Shown one piece after another: positions 24,887 through 34,787 of a DNA stretch of 44,670 nt. A program made the translations under genes and the position numbers. Numbering within the stretch: position 1 is the stretch's first letter; the number at the start of each line of letters is the position of its first letter. Below the pieces are notes generated by a model. The model made no database searches. It worked only from the letters and a program-made list of their open reading frames with translations, and had not been told where the DNA came from. Origin of the DNA: a virus (Duplodnaviria; Heunggongvirae; Uroviricota; Caudoviricetes); the IMG/VR virus record IMGVR_UViG_3300031867_003838, positions 1 to 44,670 of that record; one strand, written 5' to 3'.

Positions 24887-26008
24887 ATGATTAAGAATTT
24901 TAGTACACAGAATCTGCGCGAAGTATTCGCGGAAGAAAATAAGTATGAAAATTTCAGAAGCCTTGCCTCTAATCTTGTTCGTGGTAATGCCATCTTCGAA
25001 CTTGATGACAATGGCAATGAAAGAACAGTTAATAAAACTGATGCTAATAAAGCAATCCGTAAAGTTCTTATGGAAGTATGCGGTCTGACAGAGGAAGACC
25101 TGAAGTCTAAGAAGAAACGTGAACGCGCTGAAATGCTCCATGGCGTTGAACTTTTCGAAATCATTGAGGAAGATATAGAATTCGTTATCAATCAGGGCTG
25201 GCGCGAATCGGAATGGTTTGATCAATTCGTTGAATATAAATCTACTGCTCTTGGTGATGCTAACGCATTCATTCCGCCGACAGACAAGAAATATCTGATC
25301 ATTGGCGATGTGGCAGGAGATCATCATGATATTACAATGCAGCAGTTTGCTGAAGGTCAGGAGTTCATGGTCGAATGCAAAGACCATGCGGTTAAGATCG
25401 GCAAGGACATCGACCTTGTTATTCTTGGTCGTTATGACTATACGAAGATGATTAATAAGATTGCGGAAGCATTCACGAAGGATATCCAGGATATGGTATT
25501 CACGGCTGTGTATGCTGCTTCTGATGAAATCCCCGCCTCTGCTCCGCTGAAGATTACCGGTGAACTCAACGCAGATCTTAAAGGCGAATTCGACGAACTG
25601 ATTGAGAATGTCGAAGTCGCTAACGATTCTGAGGTTGTAATCATGGGTACAAAGACAGCTCTTAAGAGACTGAACAACCTGACAGATGTTAAGTGGATCG
25701 CTGACTCTCAGAAAGAGGCTATTGCTAACAGCGGGCGTCTTGGCAACTACGAAGGCACCACACTTATGGAGATTCCGCAGAGGCTGAAGATCGGTTCATT
25801 TGAGAAGCTGATTCCGAATGATACGCTTCTTGTTATGCCGATCCGTAATGATCGCTTTGTTAAGATGTTCGATCTTGGAGAGACACAAATCTACCAAATC
25901 ACTGACAAATTTGATCTCAAAGATGACTTCCAGACATATGAAGTGCATAGATCCTATGGCTGCAAAGTCATCCTTGGTCAGTACTTCGGACGTTGGGATA
26001 AAGAATGA
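24887..26008 (+). CDS. Major capsid protein
   Basis: 373 aa; position in the head module; strongly biased codon usage; strong SD; GRLGNYEGTTLMEIPQ typical of HK97-fold capsid proteins of this phage group. Confidence 0.8.
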   Translation: MIKNFSTQNLREVFAEENKYENFRSLASNLVRGNAIFELDDNGNERTVNKTDANKAIRKVLMEVCGLTEEDLKSKKKRERAEMLHGVELFEIIEEDIEFVINQGWRESEWFDQFVEYKSTALGDANAFIPPTDKKYLIIGDVAGDHHDITMQQFAEGQEFMVECKDHAVKIGKDIDLVILGRYDYTKMINKIAEAFTKDIQDMVFTAVYAASDEIPASAPLKITGELNADLKGEFDELIENVEVANDSEVVIMGTKTALKRLNNLTDVKWIADSQKEAIANSGRLGNYEGTTLMEIPQRLKIGSFEKLIPNDTLLVMPIRNDRFVKMFDLGETQIYQITDKFDLKDDFQTYEVHRSYGCKVILGQYFGRWDKE

Positions 26009-26034
26009 TTACCGATTGAGAAAAGGAGAATACA

Positions 26035-26538
26035 ATGGCAACTGTAAGAAAAACTACAACGTCTGCTGAAACCGCAAGCGTTAAAAAGTTTAAAGACACT
26101 GACATGATCAGATGTGTATCATGCACCGCCGGTAAACTGGTAATGGTCGGTATGAAAACCAAGGATCCGTATATTTGGGTATCTGAGGGTGACACCGTTG
26201 ACGTGCCATATATTGACCTTATTGCAGCGATCCGGTCACGTAGTAACTACGTGTATAGACCTCGCTTTGTAATTGATGATCCAGACTTCATCGCACAGCA
26301 TAAGGATCTCGACACACTGTATAGCCGTCTCTACTCGAAGAGCGATTTAATGAGTGTGTTCGACATGCCGGCAGCACGGATGAAGAAAGCTATTACTCAG
26401 CTTCCGGATGGAGTCAAGGAGACTGTTAAGTCCCTGGCTATCACGGCAATTGAGAATGGATCCATGGATTCCATCAGCAAAATCAAAGCAATCGACGAGA
26501 TCTTCGGTACACAGATGCTCATTAAAATGACGTCATGA
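26035..26538 (+). CDS. Hypothetical virion/head-assembly protein (167 aa)
   Basis: ORF with SD following the capsid gene. Confidence 0.7.
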   Translation: MATVRKTTTSAETASVKKFKDTDMIRCVSCTAGKLVMVGMKTKDPYIWVSEGDTVDVPYIDLIAAIRSRSNYVYRPRFVIDDPDFIAQHKDLDTLYSRLYSKSDLMSVFDMPAARMKKAITQLPDGVKETVKSLAITAIENGSMDSISKIKAIDEIFGTQMLIKMTS

Positions 26539-26554
26539 GAAATGGAGGTGCATT

Positions 26555-27028
26555 ATGGCCTCCATTAATTTTAACGAAATATACTCACGCTTCTTCAGCA
26601 AAGTAGAAGCATTCGACTTCTTATATGAAGAAGCATCCGCAGAGGCTCTGGCGGCGCATATGTCCGAATGGATAGCCGCTACCCTCTCCCACCCACATAT
26701 TCGAAAACTGTTTAAGACTATTGAAGTGAACGACGAGGACGGAACTATTACATACGAGATGAACTACGAGATGGATGAGTATTCAGACAAGCAGTTCCTC
26801 ATCAATGTAATGGCATACGGAATGGTTCGTGCTTGGCTTGAGCCGAAGGTGAGAAGTATCACGAATATTGTACAGAACTTCGGAACTTCGGACGCAAAAT
26901 TTTATAGCCAAAGTTCTCACCTTTCTGAACTTCGTGCACTTCTCGAAGACTCAGAGCGTGAGATACGATCTCTCGTAGGAAACAGAGGAGCTTTCAATAA
27001 TAAATATCTTGACGGAGATAAGCTATGA
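26555..27028 (+). CDS. Putative head-tail adaptor (157 aa)
   Basis: Position and size; SD GGAGGTG. Confidence 0.55.
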   Translation: MASINFNEIYSRFFSKVEAFDFLYEEASAEALAAHMSEWIAATLSHPHIRKLFKTIEVNDEDGTITYEMNYEMDEYSDKQFLINVMAYGMVRAWLEPKVRSITNIVQNFGTSDAKFYSQSSHLSELRALLEDSEREIRSLVGNRGAFNNKYLDGDKL

Positions 27029-27378
27029 TTTCCAAGTATGGTGATTTCTCCGCAAAACAGTTAAACGAATATAGGGAACGACTACACAGTAAAATGTTTT
27101 GGCTCCTGCTATATAAGGATCCTAAAACATCAGATCAATTTGAAACGGTTAATTTCGACAGGTACTTTGAGAATCTGATGAAAGAACTGAATGGCCTCGG
27201 TGATCTTCTACTTCACCCAAATGGTTTGGTTGAAATGATGAGCGAACTTGAGGCCGCATATAACGAATCGATGCACGAAGAATTCAGCTACCCCATCTAC
27301 CGTAAGTTCGTACTGGATGCACATAACATTCTCGACACTATGAATTGGGAGGAAACTGCCGATGATTACAATGGATGA
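27025..27378 (+). CDS. Hypothetical neck-region protein (117 aa)
   Basis: Translationally coupled to both neighbours. Confidence 0.65.
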   Translation: MISKYGDFSAKQLNEYRERLHSKMFWLLLYKDPKTSDQFETVNFDRYFENLMKELNGLGDLLLHPNGLVEMMSELEAAYNESMHEEFSYPIYRKFVLDAHNILDTMNWEETADDYNG

Positions 27379-29224
27379 TTACTTAGCATCTTTGAAGAAT
27401 AAGGGAAACCACTTAGGGGAAGTTAGAAAGAACCGCTCAGATATGTTGATGAATGTTACGTTCACTGGCGATCCGGCATACCGAAAAGTATATATTCTGG
27501 ACCCTGACACCGGCTGGAAATGGTGCGACGCTAAATTCTTCAAGCATCAAACGCCGCAGCTTGCGAGAGATCATGTAGACAGTTGGTTACAGTTCAGGCC
27601 AAAGGATCATCACCCAGTTGGGTGTTACGTCTTTATTCCAGATGATACGTCATATGAGATGGATATAGATTTGGAGCACCCGTTCCGTGGAGATGTCAGT
27701 AACCTTTGGATGATTGTTGATAAGACTGACTATAGACAGTTTCCGCAGTATATGGTGTTGAAGATAAATTGGGATCTCAAGTGGTTATTGGGATCTGGTG
27801 ATAGGAAAAGGATTGAACATTGTTTCGCAGCCGTGAGAGCTGCTAATAGTTACACAAGTTGTGATATTCACACAGCTCGCTGCATTGGGAAACCTTGCAG
27901 TGTATTCCTTCTAATTGACTGGGACACCCTTAGAGACATGTTAACCACAACGCAGTGATGAAACACGCACAGGCGTGAAGGTTTAAAAATAACATGTATT
28001 GGGTAATCAGCAGCCGAGATCCGAATAGGATCGGGTTCATCGACTATTGGCTGAAATGCCATTAGGGGCAAGCGCTCCGAAATGAAGGACACCTACGGCA
28101 GATGCTAGGGTGAATGATATAGTCAGTGCTCTTATGAAAGTAAGAGAAAATCGGTAATACGATCTTTGGCAGAGTAGCGATTTGCCAAAGTAACACAACA
28201 GGGTATTTGGAGAGATTAGTTATACTACGCTAGTCCGCTGTATTCGGAAACGGTACAGTGTATTTCTTTTAACTGCTGGGAACTCTCTACCGCCCTCCCG
28301 CCACAACGTAAGGATGAAATAAGCCTAAGCGTGACGGCTTGAAAAGTGAAGGGATCAGACAATCAGCAGCCAAGCCTCGAACAGAGGAAGGTTCAACGCT
28401 CATCGGCTGAAATGCCGTTAGTGGGAAGTCCCGCGAAATGGAGAACTCCTAAGGCACATGCTACGGAGAATGATATGAGCTAAGCTTACATGAGAGTGTA
28501 AGAAAACTAATTGGTTGAGGCCAATTAGTCTTCGAATCCGTAACGAAGATTTGAAGTAATGGTACTGTTCAGACTTGTGACCCTCGACACCATCACAAAG
28601 ATGTGGGTGCCGGACACATACAATGTATACCATGATCGGCTCAAAGAGTTTGATCTTTGCGACACACGTTCAATCAATCACCAGATGAGGCTGATGATTA
28701 CACACAATCAGCTCCATCCCAAAGTATATGAAGTGTCTAAAGTGGATGACACAACTCCTGCGGGTATTGTTCAGTTAACTTTAAAACAGACACTTTATGA
28801 TCCAAAACGTGATAATCCCGATCTTATGGTCTGTGACTATTATGACGACGGTGGCGACGTAGCCATAACCAAACCGTCCACTTCAGAAGAACCATCTACC
28901 ACAAGTACAATCATGTATATGGCCGTCAATACTGACGGTGAACTTGAACCGGCAGAGGCACCTTTGGCGTTGTCCATTGGTACTCTGTATTATTACGGTG
29001 CAGATTTCGACGGCGCTCAGTGGCGCATAGAGCTCGAAGGAGACTATGACGATGCCACACGTCGTGCACTTGAGAAGTTAATGGTCATACGGAAAGTAGA
29101 TGATTCGACAATCTCAATTCGTCCTGGCAAATCGAATAAGATCAAAGGACTTACATTTAAACTAATTGTCTGTGATATAGATGGTGGTCATGAGTCCTCC
29201 ATCAATTTGGAGGTGGAATCATGA
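27362..29224 (+). CDS. Putative head-closure/neck protein; exons 27362-27859, 28202-28216 and 28568-29224 (about 389 aa spliced)
   Basis: Removing two introns gives ANSYTS|GIWRD|FRLVTLDTITKMWVP in one frame; function inferred from position. Confidence 0.75.
27860..28201 (+). mobile_element. Group I intron neck-A (342 nt, ORF-less)
   Basis: Exon ends AGU and pairs with IGS GCU; AAUCAGCAG; P7 GACUA/UAGUC (AUCGACUAU, GAUAUAGUCA); terminal G. Confidence 0.85.
28217..28567 (+). mobile_element. Group I intron neck-B (351 nt, ORF-less)
   Basis: P1 GAU|UAG pairs with CUAGUC; AACUGCUGGGAA, AAUCAGCAG; P7 GCUCA/UGAGC; 3' end located by analogy with neck-A. Confidence 0.82.
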
Positions 29225-29811
29225 AGAGAGATATAAATAGAATCCTGGATGATGTTAAGAATAGTGACATCATCTACAGGAAGTCGAAGATCAAAGAGAT
29301 CTTTAATAACGACCCTGACATCAAGGATGTCCTTGGACAGCTTCCACCTCGTCCACTGAATAAGTATGCGGATCCGGCGAATCCAACTGAAGAAGAATTG
29401 GAAGAGCGTCAACGGATTCGAGAATACAACAATAAAGTTTCTCACCCGCAGATACTTTCGTTTCTGAAGGTGAATGACATTCAGACAGAGGTACTTAACT
29501 TCATTATGTTCGACATATCTGATGAACGGGCATCCTACGTGAACGAACTTGTAAAACATCAGATACTTACCGTAATGATCTTAGTACAAGAAGATGATAT
29601 GGAAACCGAGTATGGAATAGATCGAGTGGATCTTTTGAGTTACATAGTAAAAGATTTGCTGTGTTGGAGTAATGACACTGGACTGCATTATAGATTAGAG
29701 TCGGACACATTTGGTGTGACTGAATCACAATACTATGCAAGAACCCTTAAGTTCTTGGTCAAAACTCCAAACACCAATACTTTCAAGAATGGTAGAATGA
29801 TAAATGGGTGA
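29221..29811 (+). CDS. Putative tail terminator/completion protein (196 aa)
   Basis: Position between neck and tail-tube genes. Confidence 0.5.
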   Translation: MKRDINRILDDVKNSDIIYRKSKIKEIFNNDPDIKDVLGQLPPRPLNKYADPANPTEEELEERQRIREYNNKVSHPQILSFLKVNDIQTEVLNFIMFDISDERASYVNELVKHQILTVMILVQEDDMETEYGIDRVDLLSYIVKDLLCWSNDTGLHYRLESDTFGVTESQYYARTLKFLVKTPNTNTFKNGRMING

Positions 29812-30646
29812 GTTCACTACTGACCCTCTCAAGATCTATTTCGGAGATCCATATCCTATCACAGATAATATTACAGTTAAACAACCACATATACAAGACA
29901 TTATTGACTATGGAGAGGAACAATTCTTCTCCATGTTTTTTATTTTCATCGGTAATACAACTTACCGAAAACTATTCCTCTGGAACAATGGCATAGACTG
30001 GAACAAGCTCTCAGACTTTGAGCTGTTTTGCAATTTCGCACCAACACTCAAGAAAGAAGATACGCAGGTGCTTTTTGATGACATCGACTTCTCAGAGTTT
30101 GACATCTTCTTGCGTAACGATTTCGAACCAGAACCGGAACCAGTTCCGCCACCTGGAAAGAATAAAGTGCGAGCAATTGATAGGAATAAATACAACATGA
30201 GAATGTATGACAAGTCTCATGTTTTATATAACGACAAGACGGATGTCATGATAACCGCAGATGACTACTACAAGATACGGAAGGTGCTACGAGATATGTC
30301 ACTGATATATCCCAAAACTGAATATGCATCTAGTAAAGCCACAAAAGAACTTCTTATTGAGGAAGAAATTGAAATGATTAAAAAGATTGAAAGAGAACGA
30401 AAAGACGAAAACGTTTCTACTCTTCTGCCCCTCATCTCATTCTGTGTCAATCATCCAGGGTTTAAGTATAAATTGCAAGAATTACGTTCAGTCGGAATCG
30501 CAGAATTTATGGACAGCGTAAAGCGTTTACAGCTTTATGAGTCCACCCGTGCTCTGCTTAACGGAAGCATGAGTGGTATGTGTGACATGAGTAAGGTACC
30601 GCCTGAACGATTCGACTTTACTCGAAGTTTAAATTCAAAATCATAA
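29804..30646 (+). CDS. Hypothetical tail-region protein (280 aa)
   Basis: ORF overlapping the upstream stop. Confidence 0.7.
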   Translation: MGEFTTDPLKIYFGDPYPITDNITVKQPHIQDIIDYGEEQFFSMFFIFIGNTTYRKLFLWNNGIDWNKLSDFELFCNFAPTLKKEDTQVLFDDIDFSEFDIFLRNDFEPEPEPVPPPGKNKVRAIDRNKYNMRMYDKSHVLYNDKTDVMITADDYYKIRKVLRDMSLIYPKTEYASSKATKELLIEEEIEMIKKIERERKDENVSTLLPLISFCVNHPGFKYKLQELRSVGIAEFMDSVKRLQLYESTRALLNGSMSGMCDMSKVPPERFDFTRSLNSKS

Positions 30647-30661
30647 TAGGAGGAAAATATT

Positions 30662-31528
30662 ATGAGTTTCTATCTTGGAGATCTGCTCGTTGACAGAGCT
30701 ATTAATGGTGTCGCCGAGAATTCTAAAGGCGAACTTCTTTACAACCTGACAAACCTTCAGAGCCTGAACATCAATATCACAGCTGATAGTACTGATGCTG
30801 TCGATGGTACCGGCTCTATTATCAAGACTTTCTATCGTGGTAAGCAGGGAGAGTTAACAGCTACTAACTCAACTCTGTCTCTGCCGATTGTTAACGCAAT
30901 GAGCGGTAACGACGAAGTTGATTATGCTTCTGCTGACAATGCAATTGTTATGCCGAGAATCGTAACTGGCGCAAAAGCTCAGTCTACTGATGCTACAGCT
31001 ACAATCTCTCTGCCGGGTCTGACTACAACCGACACGGCTGCTACAGCTAAGATCGTTGTTAACTCTGTAGCTCCGAATGGTGCTCTGGGTGCTGCTTATA
31101 CTCTTGGCACTGCTGCGGCTGCTGGCAAGTTCACATTCACTCCTGCTACTGCTGCTTCTGGTGATACACCGGCAACTGACGCTTCTATCACAATCACACC
31201 GATTGCAGATAGTGGCGACGCTCAGTGGATCATTAAATATGATCGTACTGTAAAAGAGAACGGCGCTAAGATCATTAACCGTTCCGACCTCTTCCCGAAG
31301 AGTGTGAAGCTGACGATCAAGGTCCTTATTGTTGACCCGTGCGAGACAGACGTTGTAAGAGCATGCTATCTCGTCATCCCGAACTTCCAGCCGTCTCCGG
31401 AAGTCAGTATTGACTTCGCTACGGATGCCACGTTGGACTATACGGGACGTCTCCAGACTGCGTATTGTGGCGCTGAAAAATTGCTTTACGAAATTTATAT
31501 CTGCGCAGATGATATTGAGGAAGATTGA
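30662..31528 (+). CDS. Major tail tube protein
   Basis: 288 aa; highly biased codons; beta-rich with an Ala/Thr-rich insert; strong SD; terminator downstream. Confidence 0.72.
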   Translation: MSFYLGDLLVDRAINGVAENSKGELLYNLTNLQSLNINITADSTDAVDGTGSIIKTFYRGKQGELTATNSTLSLPIVNAMSGNDEVDYASADNAIVMPRIVTGAKAQSTDATATISLPGLTTTDTAATAKIVVNSVAPNGALGAAYTLGTAAAAGKFTFTPATAASGDTPATDASITITPIADSGDAQWIIKYDRTVKENGAKIINRSDLFPKSVKLTIKVLIVDPCETDVVRACYLVIPNFQPSPEVSIDFATDATLDYTGRLQTAYCGAEKLLYEIYICADDIEED

Positions 31529-31582
31529 TTAATTATTAATCATAAATAAAAGAATAGATATGGGCTAGCTATCCATGTTGAT

Positions 31583-31616
31583 AAGAGGAGGTTCCCTAGC
31601 CTCCTCTTTCTTTTTG
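31583..31616 (+). terminator. Intrinsic terminator after the tail tube gene
   Basis: AAGAGGAGG...CCTCCTCTT followed by TCTTTTTG. Confidence 0.7.
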
Positions 31617-31646
31617 TATAACACGAAATAACGAGGTGACAACAGC

Positions 31647-31970
31647 ATGAAGCATGGAAGAATATGTACAGTATGCGGTAAAGAATATGCATATTGCAAT
31701 AACTGCTCGCAGTATGATGCTGAACCGCGATGGAAATTCCTGTTTTGTTCAGAGAACTGTATGAGTATATTTGAGATCGTTTCAAAATATAACCGCGGCG
31801 AACTGAATGCAAGACAGGCAAAAAATCTTCTTAGTGGTTGTGATATTAAGAAAGCCGGCAAGCTTGATGCGGGTACTAAAGAGGCGATTGAAAAGATTAA
31901 TGCTGAGACAATGCCTAAGAAAGTTCAAGCAAAAGAAAAAGAAGTAGAACAACACAAAGATAGTGAGTAA
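31647..31970 (+). CDS. Small Cys-rich (Zn-binding) protein (107 aa)
   Basis: CTVC...CNNC...CSENC. Confidence 0.7.
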   Translation: MKHGRICTVCGKEYAYCNNCSQYDAEPRWKFLFCSENCMSIFEIVSKYNRGELNARQAKNLLSGCDIKKAGKLDAGTKEAIEKINAETMPKKVQAKEKEVEQHKDSE

Positions 31971-32023
31971 ACACAATGGCACTATCTTAACGATGGTGCC
32001 TTTTTTGAACAGGAGTTAAACAG

Positions 32024-32254
32024 ATGAAAGATCTAGTGAAAAGTGATAACACGGGAAAAGAATATGACGCAACCAAGGTTGTGAGAATTGTAAATTATAA
32101 ACAGGCGGCCATGTATATGAAGCATGGAGCCGAACTGCTTGATATCTATGTAAGTCATACGTATAAGACTAACGAACCCTTACTTGTATTTATTTTTGAC
32201 AGGGCAAAAACTACGAAGCTGTATGACTCATGGTGCAAGTACGAACTGAAATAA
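32024..32254 (+). CDS. Small hypothetical protein (76 aa)
   Basis: SD AGGAG; LVFIF...LYDSW C-terminus. Confidence 0.7.
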   Translation: MKDLVKSDNTGKEYDATKVVRIVNYKQAAMYMKHGAELLDIYVSHTYKTNEPLLVFIFDRAKTTKLYDSWCKYELK

Positions 32255-32265
32255 GGAGATAGTGA

Positions 32266-32535
32266 ATGTATACAGATACAAGATATGTCGTTGCGACAAC
32301 ATTAGGAAAAAGATTATATGTGAGACGAGAGCCGAAAGCGGCACAGAAGTCCAATACCAAAGTAGAGTACGCCTACTCTCTCACTGATGATCTGAAGGAA
32401 GCGACTAAGTGCACAAATAAAGAAACTGCTAAAACTCTAATTGAATATTATGTATCTGAAACACAATCAACCAAATCATTTGCCCCAAAGAAGTTGATTG
32501 TAAACTATGAGTTGGCGGATGAACCAGATGGGTGA
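32266..32535 (+). CDS. Hypothetical protein (89 aa)
   Basis: SD AAGGAG. Confidence 0.65.
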   Translation: MYTDTRYVVATTLGKRLYVRREPKAAQKSNTKVEYAYSLTDDLKEATKCTNKETAKTLIEYYVSETQSTKSFAPKKLIVNYELADEPDG

Positions 32536-33022
32536 TACCAGGGTTGTCGCTATAGATGGGGCAACAAAGATTACTGGAATGGCATTAGCCGTTAATGGAG
32601 ATTTAAAGGATTACGGTAAGATCGATCTTTCAAGTAATACGGATCCGACTGATGAACGATTACTGCTTATGGGGAAAAAGATTTTGCAGGCGTTAAATAT
32701 CTGGAAGCCAGATATCATATATATGGAAGAGCCACAAGGGCACGGAAAGAACTTGGCCGTATCCGGTATGATTCATGAGTTAATAGGTTTTGCAAAAGCA
32801 TGGGCTGTACTTAATGATGCTTTTATAGAAACTATCGCCCCTTCAGAGTGGAGAAAGTTTCTAAACTTTAAACAAGGTGGAGGTGTCAAACGCTCTGAGC
32901 TTAAGCAGCAAAGCATGGATTATGTACAAGATATGTTTGGATTAAATGTAACGGATGATGTGTCAGATGCTATCTGCATACTCTGTGCATTTATACAGAA
33001 ATACGAAGAGGAAAATGAATAA
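32528..33022 (+). CDS. ruvC: RuvC-like Holliday junction resolvase
   Basis: VVAIDGATKITG, IYMEE, PSEWRK, DDVSDAICI acidic motifs. Confidence 0.85.
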   Translation: MGDTRVVAIDGATKITGMALAVNGDLKDYGKIDLSSNTDPTDERLLLMGKKILQALNIWKPDIIYMEEPQGHGKNLAVSGMIHELIGFAKAWAVLNDAFIETIAPSEWRKFLNFKQGGGVKRSELKQQSMDYVQDMFGLNVTDDVSDAICILCAFIQKYEEENE

Positions 33023-33528
33023 TGGATATAGGAATTTTTATTGACGAATACACGAAAGCTAAGGTAGATAAAGCTAAGGCTGATTTGGTTAAGAAGCATG
33101 TTAAGGCGACCTATGTACCATATGAGACTAAGGTCGCAGAAGCAAAGAACATTCTTAACTTCTGCTGCTATGATAAGGATGGTAAATTTAGAATTAATAG
33201 TACTTTGAGATATGTTTTATTTATCAAGGTTGTCGTAATGTTATATACAGATCTCGAATGGAATGCTGAAAACTTCATGATTCAATTTGACCTCATGGAA
33301 CAATACAAGATTGTTGAGGAGATCCTGAAAGAAATTGGTGATGATGTTCAAAGTTTTGAAACGGTTTTGGCAATGGTATATGATGACATCGTTACCAATG
33401 AAAGAAGTTTACTTAGCAGAATTGAATCTCTTGTTAACTCCGCCAAAGTAACGTTTGATGGGCTGCTAGATGAACTGTCTAACAATGAAGAGTTGACGGA
33501 TTTAATTGATAAGCTAAATCGGAAATAA
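33022..33528 (+). CDS. Hypothetical helical protein, possibly a tail assembly chaperone (168 aa)
   Basis: ORF coupled to ruvC; function inferred from position only. Confidence 0.6.
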   Translation: MDIGIFIDEYTKAKVDKAKADLVKKHVKATYVPYETKVAEAKNILNFCCYDKDGKFRINSTLRYVLFIKVVVMLYTDLEWNAENFMIQFDLMEQYKIVEEILKEIGDDVQSFETVLAMVYDDIVTNERSLLSRIESLVNSAKVTFDGLLDELSNNEELTDLIDKLNRK

Positions 33529-33530
33529 AC

Positions 33531-33602
33531 TTAATACGTATGTGTAGCAAAACTAAGTGCGATCAAAGGAAGGGCTATCAAAATGAACGCCAGTGTATCC
33601 AT
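33531..33602 (-). CDS. 23-aa hydrophobic peptide MDTLAFILIALPLIALSFATHTY (type I toxin-like)
   Basis: Very strong SD AAGAAGGAGGTGA before ATG; minus-strand TAGCCA-17 nt-TATAAT promoter at 33667-33695. Confidence 0.72.
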   Translation of the reverse strand: MDTLAFILIALPLIALSFATHTY

Positions 33603-33635
33603 AGGGTTCACCTCCTTCTTTATGGACGTTAAATC

Positions 33636-33669
33636 GGCGGCGGCAAGAGATGCCGCCGTCTCTTTTATT
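33636..33669 (+). terminator. Intrinsic terminator overlapping the 5' UTR of the antisense peptide
   Basis: GGCGGCGGCA-AGAGA-TGCCGCCGTC followed by TCTTTTATT. Confidence 0.72.
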
Positions 33670-33747
33670 ATACTATGATTTTTGTGGAATGGCTATAACA
33701 GGATTATACCTGTTCCAGAGAAATAATAACCGCGAGGAGGATTAAAT

Positions 33748-34770
33748 ATGAGCGTACAAAAACTTTCGCCGGTTACTGATGAGCAGTGGGCGCAAGTCCC
33801 CTCGCAGAATCGGAAATTATATGATGATTATTTTTTAGACAATGTTGAGTTGAGTTCTCGGACGGTCGAGACATACAGAAGTAATTTAAAGATTTGGTTC
33901 TGGTGGTTATATCAGAACTATGGAGATAAGTTACATACGGATGTGAAGAGCCGTGATTATAAACGCTTCCAGAATTGGTTAGTGGATCGAGGATGTAGTT
34001 CGTCTGATATTAAGACGAAGCGATCTACTATCTCATCTCTTAATAACTATATTATGGTTTACTACGAGGATGAATATCCAACGTTTAGGAACTTTATCAA
34101 TGCATCAATCAAAGTTCCTGAGAACGCATTCGTTAATGAGAAGAATCCGCCAACAAAGGAAGAGCTTGATAAGATGATCGAGGATCTTGAAGGTAGTGAC
34201 TTATGGGATAAGTATCAGAAGATTGCATATCTTAAGTTCACATTCACTACTGGATGTCGTCGGGCAGAAACGAGACAGCTGCTTAAAAGTGATGTGATCG
34301 GTAATGAACCTATTGTTAAGACAATTACTGTGACAGATGAGGACGGCAACAAGGTGCAACGTGAGGCGAAATACTATCTCACTCACGAGATCAGATGTAA
34401 AGGACGTGGCAAGACTGGTAAAGTCAGACGACTTAAGTTCGACGAGGAGACGTACCAGGCTTTGTTAAAGTGGCTTGAGCAAAGGGATGATGATTGTGAG
34501 TATGTGTTCGTGACAAGAGATGGGAACAACGTCAGACAGGTTTCGTTGTCTACATTCAATCAGTGGGGTTCTGGGATTTTCACTAAACTGCTTGGAAGAC
34601 GGTTCCACCCTCATTGTTTGAGAGAAGCGAGGGCTACGGACGCTGTAGTTGAAAGAGGAATTGACATAGAAAAAGTACGTCTTTTATTGGGACACGAGGA
34701 CAGTTCAACGACTCGCATATACATCTGTAAGAATTCCGAAGATGATGAATCAGATGAATTGTTTATATGA
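33748..34770 (+). CDS. Tyrosine recombinase (XerC/D family; SPbeta YomM-like position)
   Basis: Catalytic set R (TGCRRAE), K (KGRGK), HxxR (HCLR), H (LGHED) and Y (TRIY); N-terminal SAM-like domain. Confidence 0.9.
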   Translation: MSVQKLSPVTDEQWAQVPSQNRKLYDDYFLDNVELSSRTVETYRSNLKIWFWWLYQNYGDKLHTDVKSRDYKRFQNWLVDRGCSSSDIKTKRSTISSLNNYIMVYYEDEYPTFRNFINASIKVPENAFVNEKNPPTKEELDKMIEDLEGSDLWDKYQKIAYLKFTFTTGCRRAETRQLLKSDVIGNEPIVKTITVTDEDGNKVQREAKYYLTHEIRCKGRGKTGKVRRLKFDEETYQALLKWLEQRDDDCEYVFVTRDGNNVRQVSLSTFNQWGSGIFTKLLGRRFHPHCLREARATDAVVERGIDIEKVRLLLGHEDSSTTRIYICKNSEDDESDELFI

Positions 34771-34787
34771 AAGGTGGTGAACAGTAC

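Noticed and set aside
24143-25387. 414-aa minus-strand ORF
   Set aside because: Antisense shadow of the decoration and capsid genes, whose biased codon usage suppresses stops on the opposite strand; no SD or motif.
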